Assembly (NCBI RefSeq): GCF_006345805.1 | Contig: NC_043009.1 | Coordinates: 60,946,001-61,010,000, forward strand | Source of the DNA: Octopus sinensis | Taxonomy: Eukaryota | Length of the DNA stretch: 64,000 bases | Reading direction: 5' to 3' | In this document: positions 51,480 through 64,000 of the stretch, piece after piece | Position numbering within the stretch: position 1 is the stretch's first letter | Layout: every line of letters begins with the position of its first letter | The notes under the pieces: generated by a model | Databases searched by the model: none | Seen by the model: the letters and a program-made list of their open reading frames with translations, nothing else | What the model was told of the DNA's origin: nothing | Position numbers and translations under genes: made by a program

Positions 51480-54400
51480 TATATATATATATACATATAT
51501 ATATATATAATATTATCGGTATAAAAGTGACCAAACTACCTAGTTGTGTCTGCCGTTCATCATTTCCTCTTTTCATTTCCAACATAACCTCACACACACA
51601 CACAGACACACACACACAATCAGAGTAATGTCCTCCTCTTCATATCTTTGCTACCATTCATTTTCATTTGATTTTTATTGAATGTCAAATTTAAGTCGTG
51701 ATTACTATGATACTACTACTACTAGCAGCAACAATGATGATAATAATAATGATAATTAATAAGGTGTCTTCTTAATAGCCACAAGGACGTCGTCGACTGA
51801 GGGACAATTTTTTACAAGGCAGGACAAAGATTTGCTGGTAGACACTTATTATACTCTACTCTACTCAGACCTAAAACTGAATTAAATAGAATTTTTCAAA
51901 CAATAATTGTTTAACGATTCTTAAATATTTCTAAGACAACGGTAAGGATCGATAATTTAGTTTGTTACAACAATTGTTCAAGAAAAATTAATTTAAATAA
52001 TTGAATATTTTCTAGTGCTTTAGACTTTATTACTTGCATAAAAATGGTCTTTTCAACCCGTATTTTATTTGTAATTTTTTTTTTCTCTTATTAACTAAGC
52101 CACTTTTTTTTACTTCAGATTGACAATTATAAGGTGAGAATTTGTATATTTTTTTTTTGTTTTGTTTGTTTGTTTGTTTAATTAAAGCTAATAAGGAGAG
52201 GAGGGGGTCAAAAAGGGCGTGGCAAGATCTTAGGATTAATTTTTTTTTATTTAATTCAATTGAAGGGAGAAATTGTCTTGTTAATTTGTCTTATTGTTTA
52301 TAATTCTGTTGAGAAATACGCTCAAAAAAAATTATTTATTATGAAGATAGGATTTTCAGGCTCCTGTGCCGCCCACACCATGTGAAGCAACACCACATAA
52401 TGAATGTGTATGCATGCAATCCGAATGATAGAGGCCTTACTTATATTCATATATAATATGTGTAATAAGCATTATTTATACAAAGTATATATTACATATG
52501 TTGAATTACTTAATTTAAAAGCGATCATTTTTCTTTTAATTAAATGTTTCGCTCAGTGCGTTATTATATATAGATATAGATATATAATGGATAGGTGTTG
52601 ATCTTGCTTAGTGTGTGTGTGTGTGTGTGTGCGTGTGTTGATTGTAGTAGCAAATCCAGCGAGATATGTTGAGTAGAGATGTTATTTTAATTAATGCTGC
52701 CGCCACTCTAGTCATCATCGTCACCACCATCACCTGTGGGATTTTTGTTTTCCCTCGCTAGTAGTAATACTAGTATTGTAGCAGCAGTAGTATTCAAATC
52801 TGCTACTACTGCTGGTAATACTATTCAGTGATGTGAGGATAATTTAGCATTTAAGTATGTATATGTGTGTGTGCGTGTATATATGTGTATGTACATATAT
52901 ATAGTGGCCATTTTTACGATTACCCGTCTTTTTTCTTAATTGTGCGGTCATTCTATTGGAAATTACAAAATGTATTCCTCTTCCTCACATATATTGGAAT
53001 TATAATGATCGTCTTAACGATCTTTTTCCTCGACCATTTCTTTCTTCCTTCCCCCCGCCACTATTTTTGGATTTATTCATGGAAATCCACACACACATAT
53101 ATATATGTATGTATGTATAATAATGTGTGTGTGTGATAATGATAGTATATTTCCTCCTTTAGTCCGCCCCCCCCCCTTCTCTGTTGGTCATTTTTCCTCG
53201 CTCGGAAATTACAGTAAAGCAAAGCAACACGTGATGATGATGATGATGATTACGCTGATGATGATGATGAGTAATAGCTACCACCACCGTTAATTGATAA
53301 CACACGATGATGGTGTATTCGAGCACGAGATCAATTATTATTGGAGAGTAGGGTGGTGATGGGTGATATATATATACATGTATATATATTAGTCTCTTAA
53401 ATGGACCTCAATACATAACTGATAATTTATTAAGCCTCCGGTCGGATGACAGTTGTCCGTTTGGAAATCAAGAAAGACGTAGATATAGATAGGACCGAAA
53501 TAACATTGTTCGTCCTGCGATGTCTCGTATTAATAGCTTTTAACTACGATAATTATAATTTCCAAGAGCTCGGTTACAGGTGGGAAGAATAAGATTTTGT
53601 GACGTTTATTCTTTGTTTAAAGGCTGTTAATAGTGCACGTGAAGTGATAGTTTTTCGGCCAAGAATAGAACTTGGTCGTTGTGGCGGTTTTTCTGCGGCT
53701 CATTTTCCCCTCACAATACCGCATTGATTCGAGATTTAACCTAGTGAATAAATAATTCGCTTATTTTTTTAGAGACGATTCCAAGTATCTAACGAGAGAT
53801 GGACTAAATCCAAGCTTTGGGAGATTCTAAATAGCAATTAGAAATTCCAAAGAAATAAGGTGCAGCCTTCTGCTGAGAATTAGTAATTAGGTTTTCGTTG
53901 TCGCTCTAAACTACATCGCTGCAGCAGAGAAAGAAGGCAAGAACTAACCCCATTTGTTTAAAAAAAGAATCTCAAGTCCCCGTTACCCTTTTTTTTTTTA
54001 CTAGTGCTACTTTTAATAAACGATTTCTTTTGACTAGGTGAGGTAACTGGTTTTTTTATAATTTTTTTTATATGTAGTGGGAGTGGATATATTTCATTGG
54101 AACAACCATCTTTTAACACTGGTATCATCGTCATTATCGAATAGAGAAAGAGAAAAAAAATTAGGCAAGGTCGATTTCGATGGAATTTGAACTCTAAAAA
54201 TGTAATAATGCCTTCTTTATTTACCAGGCACAAAGGCTTCTGTTCTGGGGTGGGGACAGCGAATGCGTCGGACTTCTGAACGCACGCGCAACAAGTAAAA
54301 CGAGCAGAAATGAATTTAGAATTGAATAATAATTAGGAAACCGTCTATGTGGTCCTCTCGATCGGCTAGAAATACTAGCTAAATGGACCTCAAAAACACA

Positions 54401-57400
54401 CTCATCGGTTGCGAATGCACTGGTGGATGGTGACGTCTATAATCTATAAGAATTCCTAACCATATCGAGCTTAAACGATTTTATATAATCCTTGTAGTTT
54501 AGTGAAAAAGACAGGATGTGGTGATGCTAATGCCTTCTCTGAGGTATTACGGTATCGATCAAGACCAATTTTACATCAATTCAGAATGGAAATCGGGTTG
54601 CAAAATCGACTTTCCAATAAATTATCTTAGTAATAAAGGCGTATGACCGTCGCATCATCGAACGTTTTAGTCATCTCCGTCTTATATCTTGCTTGGCTAT
54701 GATTTAAATTTTGTCATGTAGCTCTAAATAATATGTAATTTTAATTAAATTGCTATTTACGTCACCCGTGAGTTCGATTCCTGCTGAGGTTCACTTTATC
54801 GTCATCTTTCCAACATTTTATACAATAATCACTGTTCAAACATTGTGATCGATTTTAATGTCTGTTTCCCCCTCCACACACGCAAACAATTGTCGCCTTG
54901 CACCAATGTTGAAAATCATTAAATCCTAAATGTCAGAAAATATGTATTTTTATGTGTACGAGCATCTGTGGTTGTGTATAATTATGTATATGTGTACTTT
55001 AGACAGTGTGTATAGAGATGTTTGATTTTGTGTTTTCGTGTATACTATTATATATATATATATCCGTGTTTGTGAGTGTGTGTGTATTTTTTTTAATCTT
55101 ATTTCAGTCATTTTCGACTTGAAGAGTTTTAGTCAAACGAATCGACTCAAGGTCTTATTTTTAGAAGCCTAGTACTTCTATCGGTCTCTTTTGCCGAACC
55201 GCTATGTTACGGGGACGTAAACAAACCAACACCGATTGGCAAACGGTATTGGGGGACAAATGCACATATATATGTGTGTGTGTGTAACTTTGTCCTTTTT
55301 TGTAGACATTCGCTGCTTTCTTCCAAGGAATCTAATGCTCTTAGCTTAGTTTTTTCCTTGGGGCTGGCCAGATTGGAGCAATCTCGAGAATAATCAGCCG
55401 AAATTGCGACGATAATCTGGTGCTTGACTGAGGATAGAGGGCTTCGAATGATCCGTCCTTGTGGGGTTTTTTGTATCATCTATCTGGATGATTTGCGTTC
55501 TTGTCCCATTTTGTATTTTATATATATATATATATACACGACAGGCTTCATTCAGTTTCCGTCTACCCTCTCGGCTATAATTGAAGACACTTGCCCAAGA
55601 TACTCGCAGTGCACTGAACCTAGAACCATGTGATTGTGAGGCAAACCTCGTACCACACGGCCACGCATATTTTTTAAAAATTTGTATATATTACATGATG
55701 GCTGCTCACTGGCTTTCACAGAAGACTGACACCTTATATAAGCCACCAGTATTATTCAAATTAGTTGCTATGTGCTTTCAAATCGTCAGTTCTATACGTG
55801 TTGCTAATTTTCCTATAAACGTAGGACATAACATATATATATTTATATTAAAAAAAATAGGGAACAAAGTCAATAATACCCAAGAAGAATTTTGGATCCA
55901 ATAAGGCTTGTTCAACACCCCATAGATACTCTACCCTACTAGCATAACCCACAGGCAAGCATGAACAAGTTATCTGGTGTTAATAAGTGTTGCAATCTCT
56001 TGGTACTTAACCCTTCTACTATTCAGATTACTCTGTCAAATGAATGCTTATTTATTCACAGTTTTGAAATTGGATCATGCAATATCTCATAGCTTCAAGG
56101 TTTCGATGATGTGGTGGTTTATTTATAGAATGGCATTGTAGGGCGTGTATGAGAGGCCAAATCTGGCTGGTTCGAACGTAAAACGCTTTAAAATATTTGG
56201 GTCAGTTACGGCTGGTTTAAATGCTAAGGAGTTTCAAAGGAGCAGAAACTTTTCCCCCAGAAGAGTTGATGTTATATGAGAGTAACATCCCAAGACATCA
56301 TTCCAAGACACGGCTAACTTACACAAACGGACTAGCAGTATGGTTAGGAGACTGGAACCCATATGTAAATATTGACCCTGTGTTACTTTCAACGTTCTGT
56401 TTTATATGTGGCTGTCCCGATGGAATTAATTTCACTCTCCTCCCCGGGGCTACATTGACCCCAAACTGTTCTATAATTATATAATATGCATACATGTAAT
56501 ATCTGGGTGTATATATAATATATTGGGTTACTTAGTGATTTCCATGATAAGCCTGCGTATCTGTACATGTCTGTGCATATGTAATTCCTCATGTAGAAGT
56601 GTGTGCATATATATGTATGAACATATACATGTGTATGTTTATATATGGATATTTATGCATTAATAGATGTGTGTGTATATATATGTATTGATAGAAATAT
56701 CTGAAGATATACATGAAAAGATGTATGTGGGTGTATATACACACACATCCAAAAATATGTATACATGTATAATAATTTATAAGTATACATGTGTGTATAT
56801 AAATGTCTGGATATATATGTGAACCTTTTTCAGTTACTATCTACCAGGGCAAGGTTTCCATTGGCCTAGGATTATAGTAGATATTTGCCCAAGGTGCCAC
56901 ATGTAGGGACTGAACCTAAAGACATGGTTGAGAGGCAAACTTAACATCTACACATGTGCGTATATATATATATACACACACAATCTTGTTTCAGTTAAAT
57001 TGTAGTCATGTTGGGGGATCCCCCCCCCCCCCGAAGAATTTTTAGTCTAATGAATTGACCCCAGCACAAACGTGCACACACACACACAACAAGCTTCTTT
57101 CAGTTTCTGTCTACCAAATCCACTCACATGACTTTGGCCTGAGGCTATAGAAGAAGACACTTGCCTAAGGTGTCACATAGACTGAAGCTGGAACCATGTG
57201 GGTGGAAGGGTTTCCACCAAACCTGAAGGCTATGTTGCACTCCAGTGCCGGCTTTGGCAAAGTTTTTTTTCCTGTTGGGAATCAATCACTTTACAGAGTG
57301 TACTGTGTAATTTTCTTTTTGGTTGTATTTGCACTTTATGAGGTTACCATGTAACTTAAAAGACAGGGGAAGTGACCATGTGACGGGTGGCTTGATTAGT

Positions 57401-58534
57401 AGGACAGGAACAGGTGTCTTTGCTATATGGAAGATACGTGGCAGCCTCAGAAAAAGAAAAGATGGTCAGGAAGAGGCTGAGCCATTACAAAGAAGAAAAC
57501 TAATAAGCTGTAAATGATGTGCAACAACAAATCAGTCGGCAATTGTGCTTGTCGGTGCCCCATACAGTCTAACACCCCCAGATCTCAACCTGTTGGGTCC
57601 AATGGAAAAACAGCCTGCCATTGTGAAAGATTTATAAGTGCAAGTAGCAGCAAAGGAATGGGTACAACAGTACATGCCTGAATATCTGAATATTTTCAAA
57701 GAGAATGTGAGAGTTGAGTTCAACAAAGTAGCAAATATATCATTTGCTATGGAGATTATGCTGAGTGTGTAGAAGAAACATTCTATCAACGTGTGGAATT
57801 TCAATATCTAATGTCAGTTGGTAATAAAAAAAGGTTATGGCCACCTTAGCATTACTGAAACAAGTAAAGGATATATATATATATTTCCTCAATACAAAGG
57901 CTGCTTGTTTCTCTGGGATTGGTCTAATTGATGTAGACACCTGGTGAAACCCAATAAGGTTTACAAATTAAGGCTGTTCATATTTTGAATCTATGATGAA
58001 ATAGCTGAATTTGCCATATATATATATATATAGTTAATCCAAACACGAGCAAAGAGAAAACAATGCGAGGACGTGGAACAAGTATAGTGTTATTGGACGC
58101 TCAGTAAAGGGAAGATGGAGAAAGAAAATCGCCAATGATACACATGTGGTCACATATATATTACCATGACCAACCAGGCTATCAGATGTTGCTAAACATC
58201 GCTGGTCACAATGCGCTTTGCATTGTTTTAGCCTTCAAATGACGCCACCCCGCTGGCTAAGCGAGCAGGCCAACAGAAGAAAGAAAGAGTACAGCAGGGA
58301 TTGCCCACCCCCTGCCTGAGCCTCGTGGAGATTTAGGTGTAGAGAGTTAGTCAGCTTCAAGCAGTCTGTAGAAGGTATAAAAAAACAACCTTCAGGAACA
58401 ATAATTTATTGGCGTAAAAGGTTGTAGGTTTTTCTCATATTGAAGTTTGATAAGCTGAAAAAAGTTTTTTTATAGTTCACAGTTAGCAACTAGGGTTGCT
58501 ATGAATGCGAATAAAAGACCAAATTGAGGAAGTG

Positions 58535-58798
58535 GAGCAGTTAAAATCCAGGTTACATTTGTTCTCTAGCAGAACCTCGGAAGTAATAATTACTCATCAG
58601 GCCAGAGATAGCCTAGTTAAATGAAGATTACATTGTCATCAAGGGATCCTAACTCCGGCAAGTTAACTTAGGGTCCCTTAACAACAATGTAACCTTCATT
58701 TAACTAGGATCTCTTCAGCTTGATGAGTTACATATTGTAATTATTACTTGTGAAATTCTGCTGGCTGGAGAACATGTAACCTGGATTCTACCTGCTCA
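58535..58798. repeat. Old imperfect fold-back element
   Basis: Arms share, as reverse complements, GAGCAG..AATCCAGGTTACAT, AAGTAATAATTA, CTCATCA, CCTAGTTAAATGAAG and AAGGGA.CCTAA. Confidence 0.85.
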
Positions 58799-59186
58799 TT
58801 TTGGATACACACACACATATATGGCGTTAGGAAGGGCATCCAGCTGTAGAAACACTGCCAGATCAGACTGGGCCTGATGCAGCCTCCTGGCTTCCCAGAC
58901 CCCAGTTGAACTGTCCAACCCATGCTAGCATGGAAAACAGACATTAAACGATGATGATGATGATACAGACGTGTATATATATTTACACATGATGGCTGCA
59001 ATGCAATTTCAAGCAATGTTGTTGCTTGATTGTTTTCCTAAACATGAGCAGCTTGGATGTAGTTTTATAGTCCTGCTAGGGACTTACATTCTTTTGCACA
59101 GATTTAACAATGATGGGTGCTTCTTGCAAATAGATGTCCAGAGGCTTTGCAACACACACTGACACATGCTTTCATTTTATCATAGA

Positions 59187-59572
59187 ACTAGCAGTATCGC
59201 CCGGCGTTGCTTGGGTTTGTTTCGGCCCTTTAGATTTGGAATTTTTGAAAAGTAAAAATTTTGCATTATGTAACTTGTTATTCTCTTTAAGTGAACATTT
59301 TTCTGGTTGAAATACACCAAAAAATGGCGACACAGCAATCAAAAAAATCATAAAAAATTGGGATTTTCATAGAAAAAAAGCACCTTTTCGATGTAAATAA
59401 TTTTTGGTTTTAGCATGGTCCGATTTGAATTTTTTCTTCTATGGAAGGAAGAGCAAGCCTTCTATCATACTCTCAATTTTGGTCAACTTGCGCCGCAGGG
59501 TCTCTGAGGAGACAGTGTTAGTTGAAGGCTACCAAACCTGCCGTACACAGACAACTTCAGCTTTATATATAG
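59187..59572 (+). mobile_element. Non-autonomous Helitron/Helentron-like element; a longer copy lies at about 44290-44856 (-)
   Basis: Two dispersed copies begin ACTAGCAGTAT(C/A)GCC...TTGCT(T/C)GGG, and this one ends CTTTATATATAG. There are no TIRs or coding capacity. The class is assigned from remembered terminal motifs. Confidence 0.5.
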
Positions 59573-59814
59573 AAAGATTTCTTATTGAGTGTTTTACCTT
59601 TCTCAGCTGTGACCAGACTAGAATGCAACACATATTGATGTTAAAATCAAGTGATAGCTGAGCAAGAAGCTTTTTTAGGAGAGGAAAGGCTTTGCCTTGC
59701 TCTCCATCAGTTATGAAAAGAGGGTTCCAGTTGATTTCATCACCAGAAGGGTCAGCTCATGAAAATAATGTGCAAGTGGTTTAGCACTCCACAGAAATGC
59801 ATACCGTTAATGTA

Positions 59815-60361
59815 ATGGGTTGTCTGGAAAGTTCATGCCGATTTTTAAAGGAAAGAAAAAGGTCAATAAATACTTGCCATTACAATTTTAATCAACTAAA
59901 TATGAACCATTTTGTTGCACAATGCGTCTCCATCTTTCCTTTAACTTGAAAATACCTTTCCCAGAATTGAAGTGGTTTCATGGCAAAGAATTCATCAAGG
60001 TATCTTTTTACATCATCCAAGGAATTGAAATTTTTACCATTAAGACTATTCTGCAGAGACCTGAATAAGTGGAAATCCAAAGGAACAATATCTGGTGAAT
60101 ATGGAGGGTGGGGGTAACACATCCCAGCCGAGCTGCAATAATTTTTGTCTGATTCCCAAAGCATCAATTGCCGAAAATGAACTTTCTTATCTTCCATTTT
60201 AAAGGGTTACAGGAACATAAACCTTCTTCCATGAAAAGATAGCTTAAACTGTGCTCTAAATGGAGGTGTAGTCAAATCCTATTTTATGGACTCAACCATT
60301 TTCTAAAATAAGTCGAAAGGTAAGCTACTACAAATCGGCACAAACTTTCCGGACAACCCAA
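59815..60361 (-). mobile_element. Internally deleted mariner element, 547 bp, nested in a SINE
   Basis: About 30-bp TIRs (consensus TTGGGTTGTCCGGAAAGTTTGTGCCGATTT, 4 mismatches) with TA on both sides. The ORF fuses the N-terminus MEDKKVHFR to the C-terminal HPPYSPDIVPLDFHLFRSLQNSL. Confidence 0.92.
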
Positions 60362-61245
60362 TAGTTCTCAGGGAGATTTAGCATGATATAGAATGTGAGA
60401 AGGCTGGCCTTTTCAATTAGAGGTACAACTCATTTTTATCATCTGAGTGGACTGGGGTAAGGAGAAATAAAGTGTCTTGTTACCAAGAACCGAACTCATG
60501 ATTGGTAGCCGAATACTCGGGTCATAAAGTGACGCACCTTGACAAGGGCCAGTCTCACTCCCTAAACAATATATGACTTTGGAAAATTACTATTTTTAAA
60601 TCTCACAACGTGACATATTCAGCGACAGTACTTTGTCTCATCATCATCGCTTGCGTCCGCTTTCCATGCTAGCATGGGTTGGATGAATGACTGGGGGCTA
60701 GCGAACCAGGCTTCAATCTTGATCTGGCAGAGTTTCTACAGCTGGATGCCTTTCCTAACGCTGACCACTCCGAGAGTGTAGTGGGTGCTTTTACGTGCCA
60801 CCGGCATGAGGCCAGTCAGGCGGTACTGGCAACGACCTTGCTCGAATCTTTTACACATGCCACCAGCACAGGTGCCAGGGCTAAATTACAGCAACATTCA
60901 TCCTAGACCGAGACTACCATGTTATGTTGGCAAACAATCTTTACTACATTATATGCCTTTGTTCAGAAGTAACTGGTCACCATCATTGGATGCAGATGAA
61001 GTTGAAAGAATTATATCAGTTTTCCTTCTAAATAGATATTCTACTCCCAGCTATTAGATGGCTGCTGATTCTAGTCTACTCTTTGACATATTAGTTTTAA
61101 GTTCTCTAAGCTATCCAATAAAAACCACTCTCCTTACAAAGCGGGATTCATAGGGTTGGTGTTGTAGTCACCAACAACCCCACTATGCTACAAGCTGTAC
61201 TGGATGATGTCTTGCCGCTAGCACTAAGAGTAATCTCACACAAAC

Positions 61246-61276
<31 letters not shown>

Positions 61277-61706
61277 TTTGTGAGTGTATATATATATATA
61301 TATATATAAGAGAGAATGGTGTCATTGAGACCCAAAGGTGTCAGGTAATGCTGAATAAGTGCTATAGGCAGACCATAGTTAAGTTCCAGATTCGGTAATA
61401 TTGCGAATAAAGGGTTCAACGTTGGTTCTATGTCAGCATGTGTATGTAAGAATTTTTTGCGTAATAAGATAAAAAACCAAGGCTGTATAGATATTAGGCA
61501 GTGGTTCAGCATGGATGGAGTCAAATGACTGAAACAAATAAAAGAATATATATATACATATATATATATATATTTATGTTACTTGGAAACAGGTGAAAGC
61601 TGACAGCAAAAAGTGCATCATCTATAGAAATTTTAGCTCAACAAAAGCCATCTGACACATGCAAGCATGGAAAAGTAAACATTAAAACAATGATAATGGC
61701 GATGAC

Positions 61707-61743
<37 letters not shown>

Positions 61744-61774
61744 ATATATGTATATACATATATATATATATATG

Positions 61775-61821
<47 letters not shown>

Positions 61822-62010
61822 GTATATACATATATATATGTATATATATATATATATGTATTATTGAAATGGATAAATGAATTATCTTGTTACGGATTAT
61901 TCAAATGATAACCGATACCTGGGTAGCAAAAATCACAACAGAAAAATCACGGTTGAGGTTACGACCATGGGGTCTCAAAACCGTACCTTAGTGCGGAAAT
62001 TTGAAGTTTT

Positions 62011-62437
62011 ATATATTTAGTGTAGGAAGAAATGGAGCTGAACGAAGATTTAACAAAATTCCTTTTTATTATTTTCTACATATGTTTCAAAGGCTGCAAA
62101 GTCCCTAATTCAGGAAAATCCAGGAACTTAATTCTCCAACAAAATGCACAGCAAGCTTTTCGACAAACGCTCGCGAGGAGCCCATGGGATAAAAAATTTT
62201 TTTTTTTTTTTTTTTTTTTTATCCCATGGGCTCCTCGCGAGCGTTTGTCGAAAAGCTTGCTGTACATTTTGTTGGAGAATTAAGTTCCTGAATTTTTCTG
62301 AAGAGAAGGCTGCAAAATGGTCTCCTTATTCAATCCGAATAAGGGACTTTGCAGCCTTTGAAACATATGTAGAAAATAGTAAAAAGGAATTTTGTTAAAT
62401 CTTCGTTCAGCTCCATTTCTTCCTACACTAAATATAT
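62011..62437. repeat. Fold-back (inverted repeat) element with a T-run loop, set in (TA)n
   Basis: Arms 62011-62196 and about 62215-62437 are near-perfect reverse complements. The left arm lacks about 38 nt of the hammerhead region. Confidence 0.95.
62292..62377 (+). ncRNA. Minimal type I hammerhead ribozyme motif
   Basis: CUGAAGA (62298-62304); 12-bp stem II (62305-62316/62348-62359) with an inner hairpin; GAAA (62360-62363); palindromic stem III ACAUAUGU; GUA cleavage triplet (62369-62371); 6-bp stem I AUUUUU/GAAAAU. Confidence 0.8.
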
Positions 62438-62444
62438 ATATATG

Positions 62445-62478
<34 letters not shown>

Positions 62479-62566
62479 CATACATCATCATCATCATCAT
62501 CATCGTTTAGCGTCCGTTTTCCATGCTAGCATGGGTTGGACGGGTCAATGTATATATATATATATG

Positions 62567-62597
<31 letters not shown>

Positions 62598-62624
62598 GAT
62601 GATGATATATATATATATGCATAT

Positions 62625-62917
62625 CACGTGATCATGTGACCGACCAGACCATCAGATGTTGTTACACATCGATGGTCACAATGCGTTCGCATTGTTTTAG
62701 CCTTCGAATGATGCCACCCCGCTGGCTAAGCGAGCAGGCCAACAGAAGAAAGAGTGGTGAAAGAGTACAGCAGGGATCACCACCCACTGCCGCAGCCTCG
62801 TGGAGCTTTTAGGTGTTTTTGCTCAATAAACACACACAACGCCCGGTCTGGGAATCGAAACCGCGATCTTGCGACCGCAAGTCCGCTGCCCTAACCACTA
62901 GGCCATTGTGCCTCCAC
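62625..62917 (-). mobile_element. SINE family D, tRNA-derived (possibly octopus OR type); also 45429-45732 (+), with partial copies at 10783-10940 and about 58160-58340
   Basis: A-box TGGCCTAGTGG, B-box GGTTTCGATTCC and a tRNA-like head followed by a non-tRNA body. The family name is from memory. Confidence 0.85.
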
Positions 62918-62949
<32 letters not shown>

Positions 62950-62980
62950 TATATATATATATATATTATATATATATATG

Positions 62981-63017
<37 letters not shown>

Positions 63018-63027
63018 GTATATGTAT

Positions 63028-63067
<40 letters not shown>

Positions 63068-63520
63068 GTATATGTATATATATATATATGTATATATATG
63101 TATATATGTGTATATATATGTGTGTGTGTATAATCAAAATAAGCAACAAGAATGACTCCGGTAATTTGGTACAATCGTTTCGTACTACATCATTTTATTA
63201 AATGTTGTAAGTATTACAACAGATTTATGATGCTGAGTACTGTGTATATATATATGTATATATATCTCTATGTATATATATATATATGTGTGTGTGCGTA
63301 TATATATGTGTATATATATATGTATATATATATACAAAATAAGAAAATAGAGGAATAGATTTCTTTCAACCATCAACTACCAGATTGGATAAATGATATC
63401 CCATAGTGGGTTACACTCATAACCCCTATCTCACTTTGTATTTATATATATATATATATTTATATATACATATAATATATATGTATACATATAATATATA
63501 TTTACACACACACACATATG

Positions 63521-63552
<32 letters not shown>

Positions 63553-63878
63553 TATACCTATCTATGTGTGTATATATGTTGCATTAAAGACCCAACTGTG
63601 TTCCAGTTTTATCTTTTTATTACCAAAGTTTTGATACTTTTATATCAGTTTCCTGGCATTTAGTTCGGAATGATAAATGTTCCTAAATCCATTCTCAACA
63701 TTTCCAGACCTTCTCATTTTCAAAAATTGAAATGGATTTGGCTTGTGCATTGCTTCTTATATAGTGGTTGAACTTTTGTGTAGCAACGTCAATAGAAGTT
63801 CTCCAGCATGTCCAAAACTTATGGGCTGAGACAAAAGATAAATGATATATACATGTGTGTGTATGTATTATATATATA

Positions 63879-63933
<55 letters not shown>

Positions 63934-63956
63934 ATATATATATTATATATATTATG

Positions 63957-64000
<44 letters not shown>

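Noticed and set aside
53400-54700. CpG-retaining region downstream of the 14-3-3 gene
   Set aside because: No ORF, RNA motif or promoter architecture was identified; it may simply be unmethylated intergenic DNA.
62835-62917. tRNA-like sequence (also 45429-45510)
   Set aside because: It has Pol III boxes but no closed cloverleaf acceptor stem and continues into a repeated SINE body, so it is a SINE head rather than a tRNA gene.

Overview
AT-rich, microsatellite- and SINE-dense animal genomic DNA. The repeat families look like those of octopus (recalled, not searched). Two host genes can be supported, and they sit head-to-head with only 205 bp between start codons. One is an intronless 14-3-3 epsilon-type gene on the + strand (49984-50769). 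The other is a FANCB (Fanconi anaemia group B) orthologue on the - strand, reconstructed as seven coding exons from 49778 down to 26673. It includes one predicted GC-AG intron, and its last exon was not found. The rest is repeat DNA: a young, nearly intact 2.85-kb hAT transposon with perfect TIRs and TSD; mariner, maT, hAT, CR1/L2 and RTE remnants; piggyBac- and Helitron-like MITEs; and at least four SINE families. The most unusual signal is a set of small fold-back insertions and Penelope-like (PLE) fragments that carry minimal hammerhead-ribozyme motifs. Two motifs look complete (38833-38882 and 62292-62377), and one family carries a U3:A8 compensatory core variant. Almost all short ORFs in the track are microsatellite or SINE artefacts. 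Protein and repeat identifications rest on remembered motifs, not database searches.
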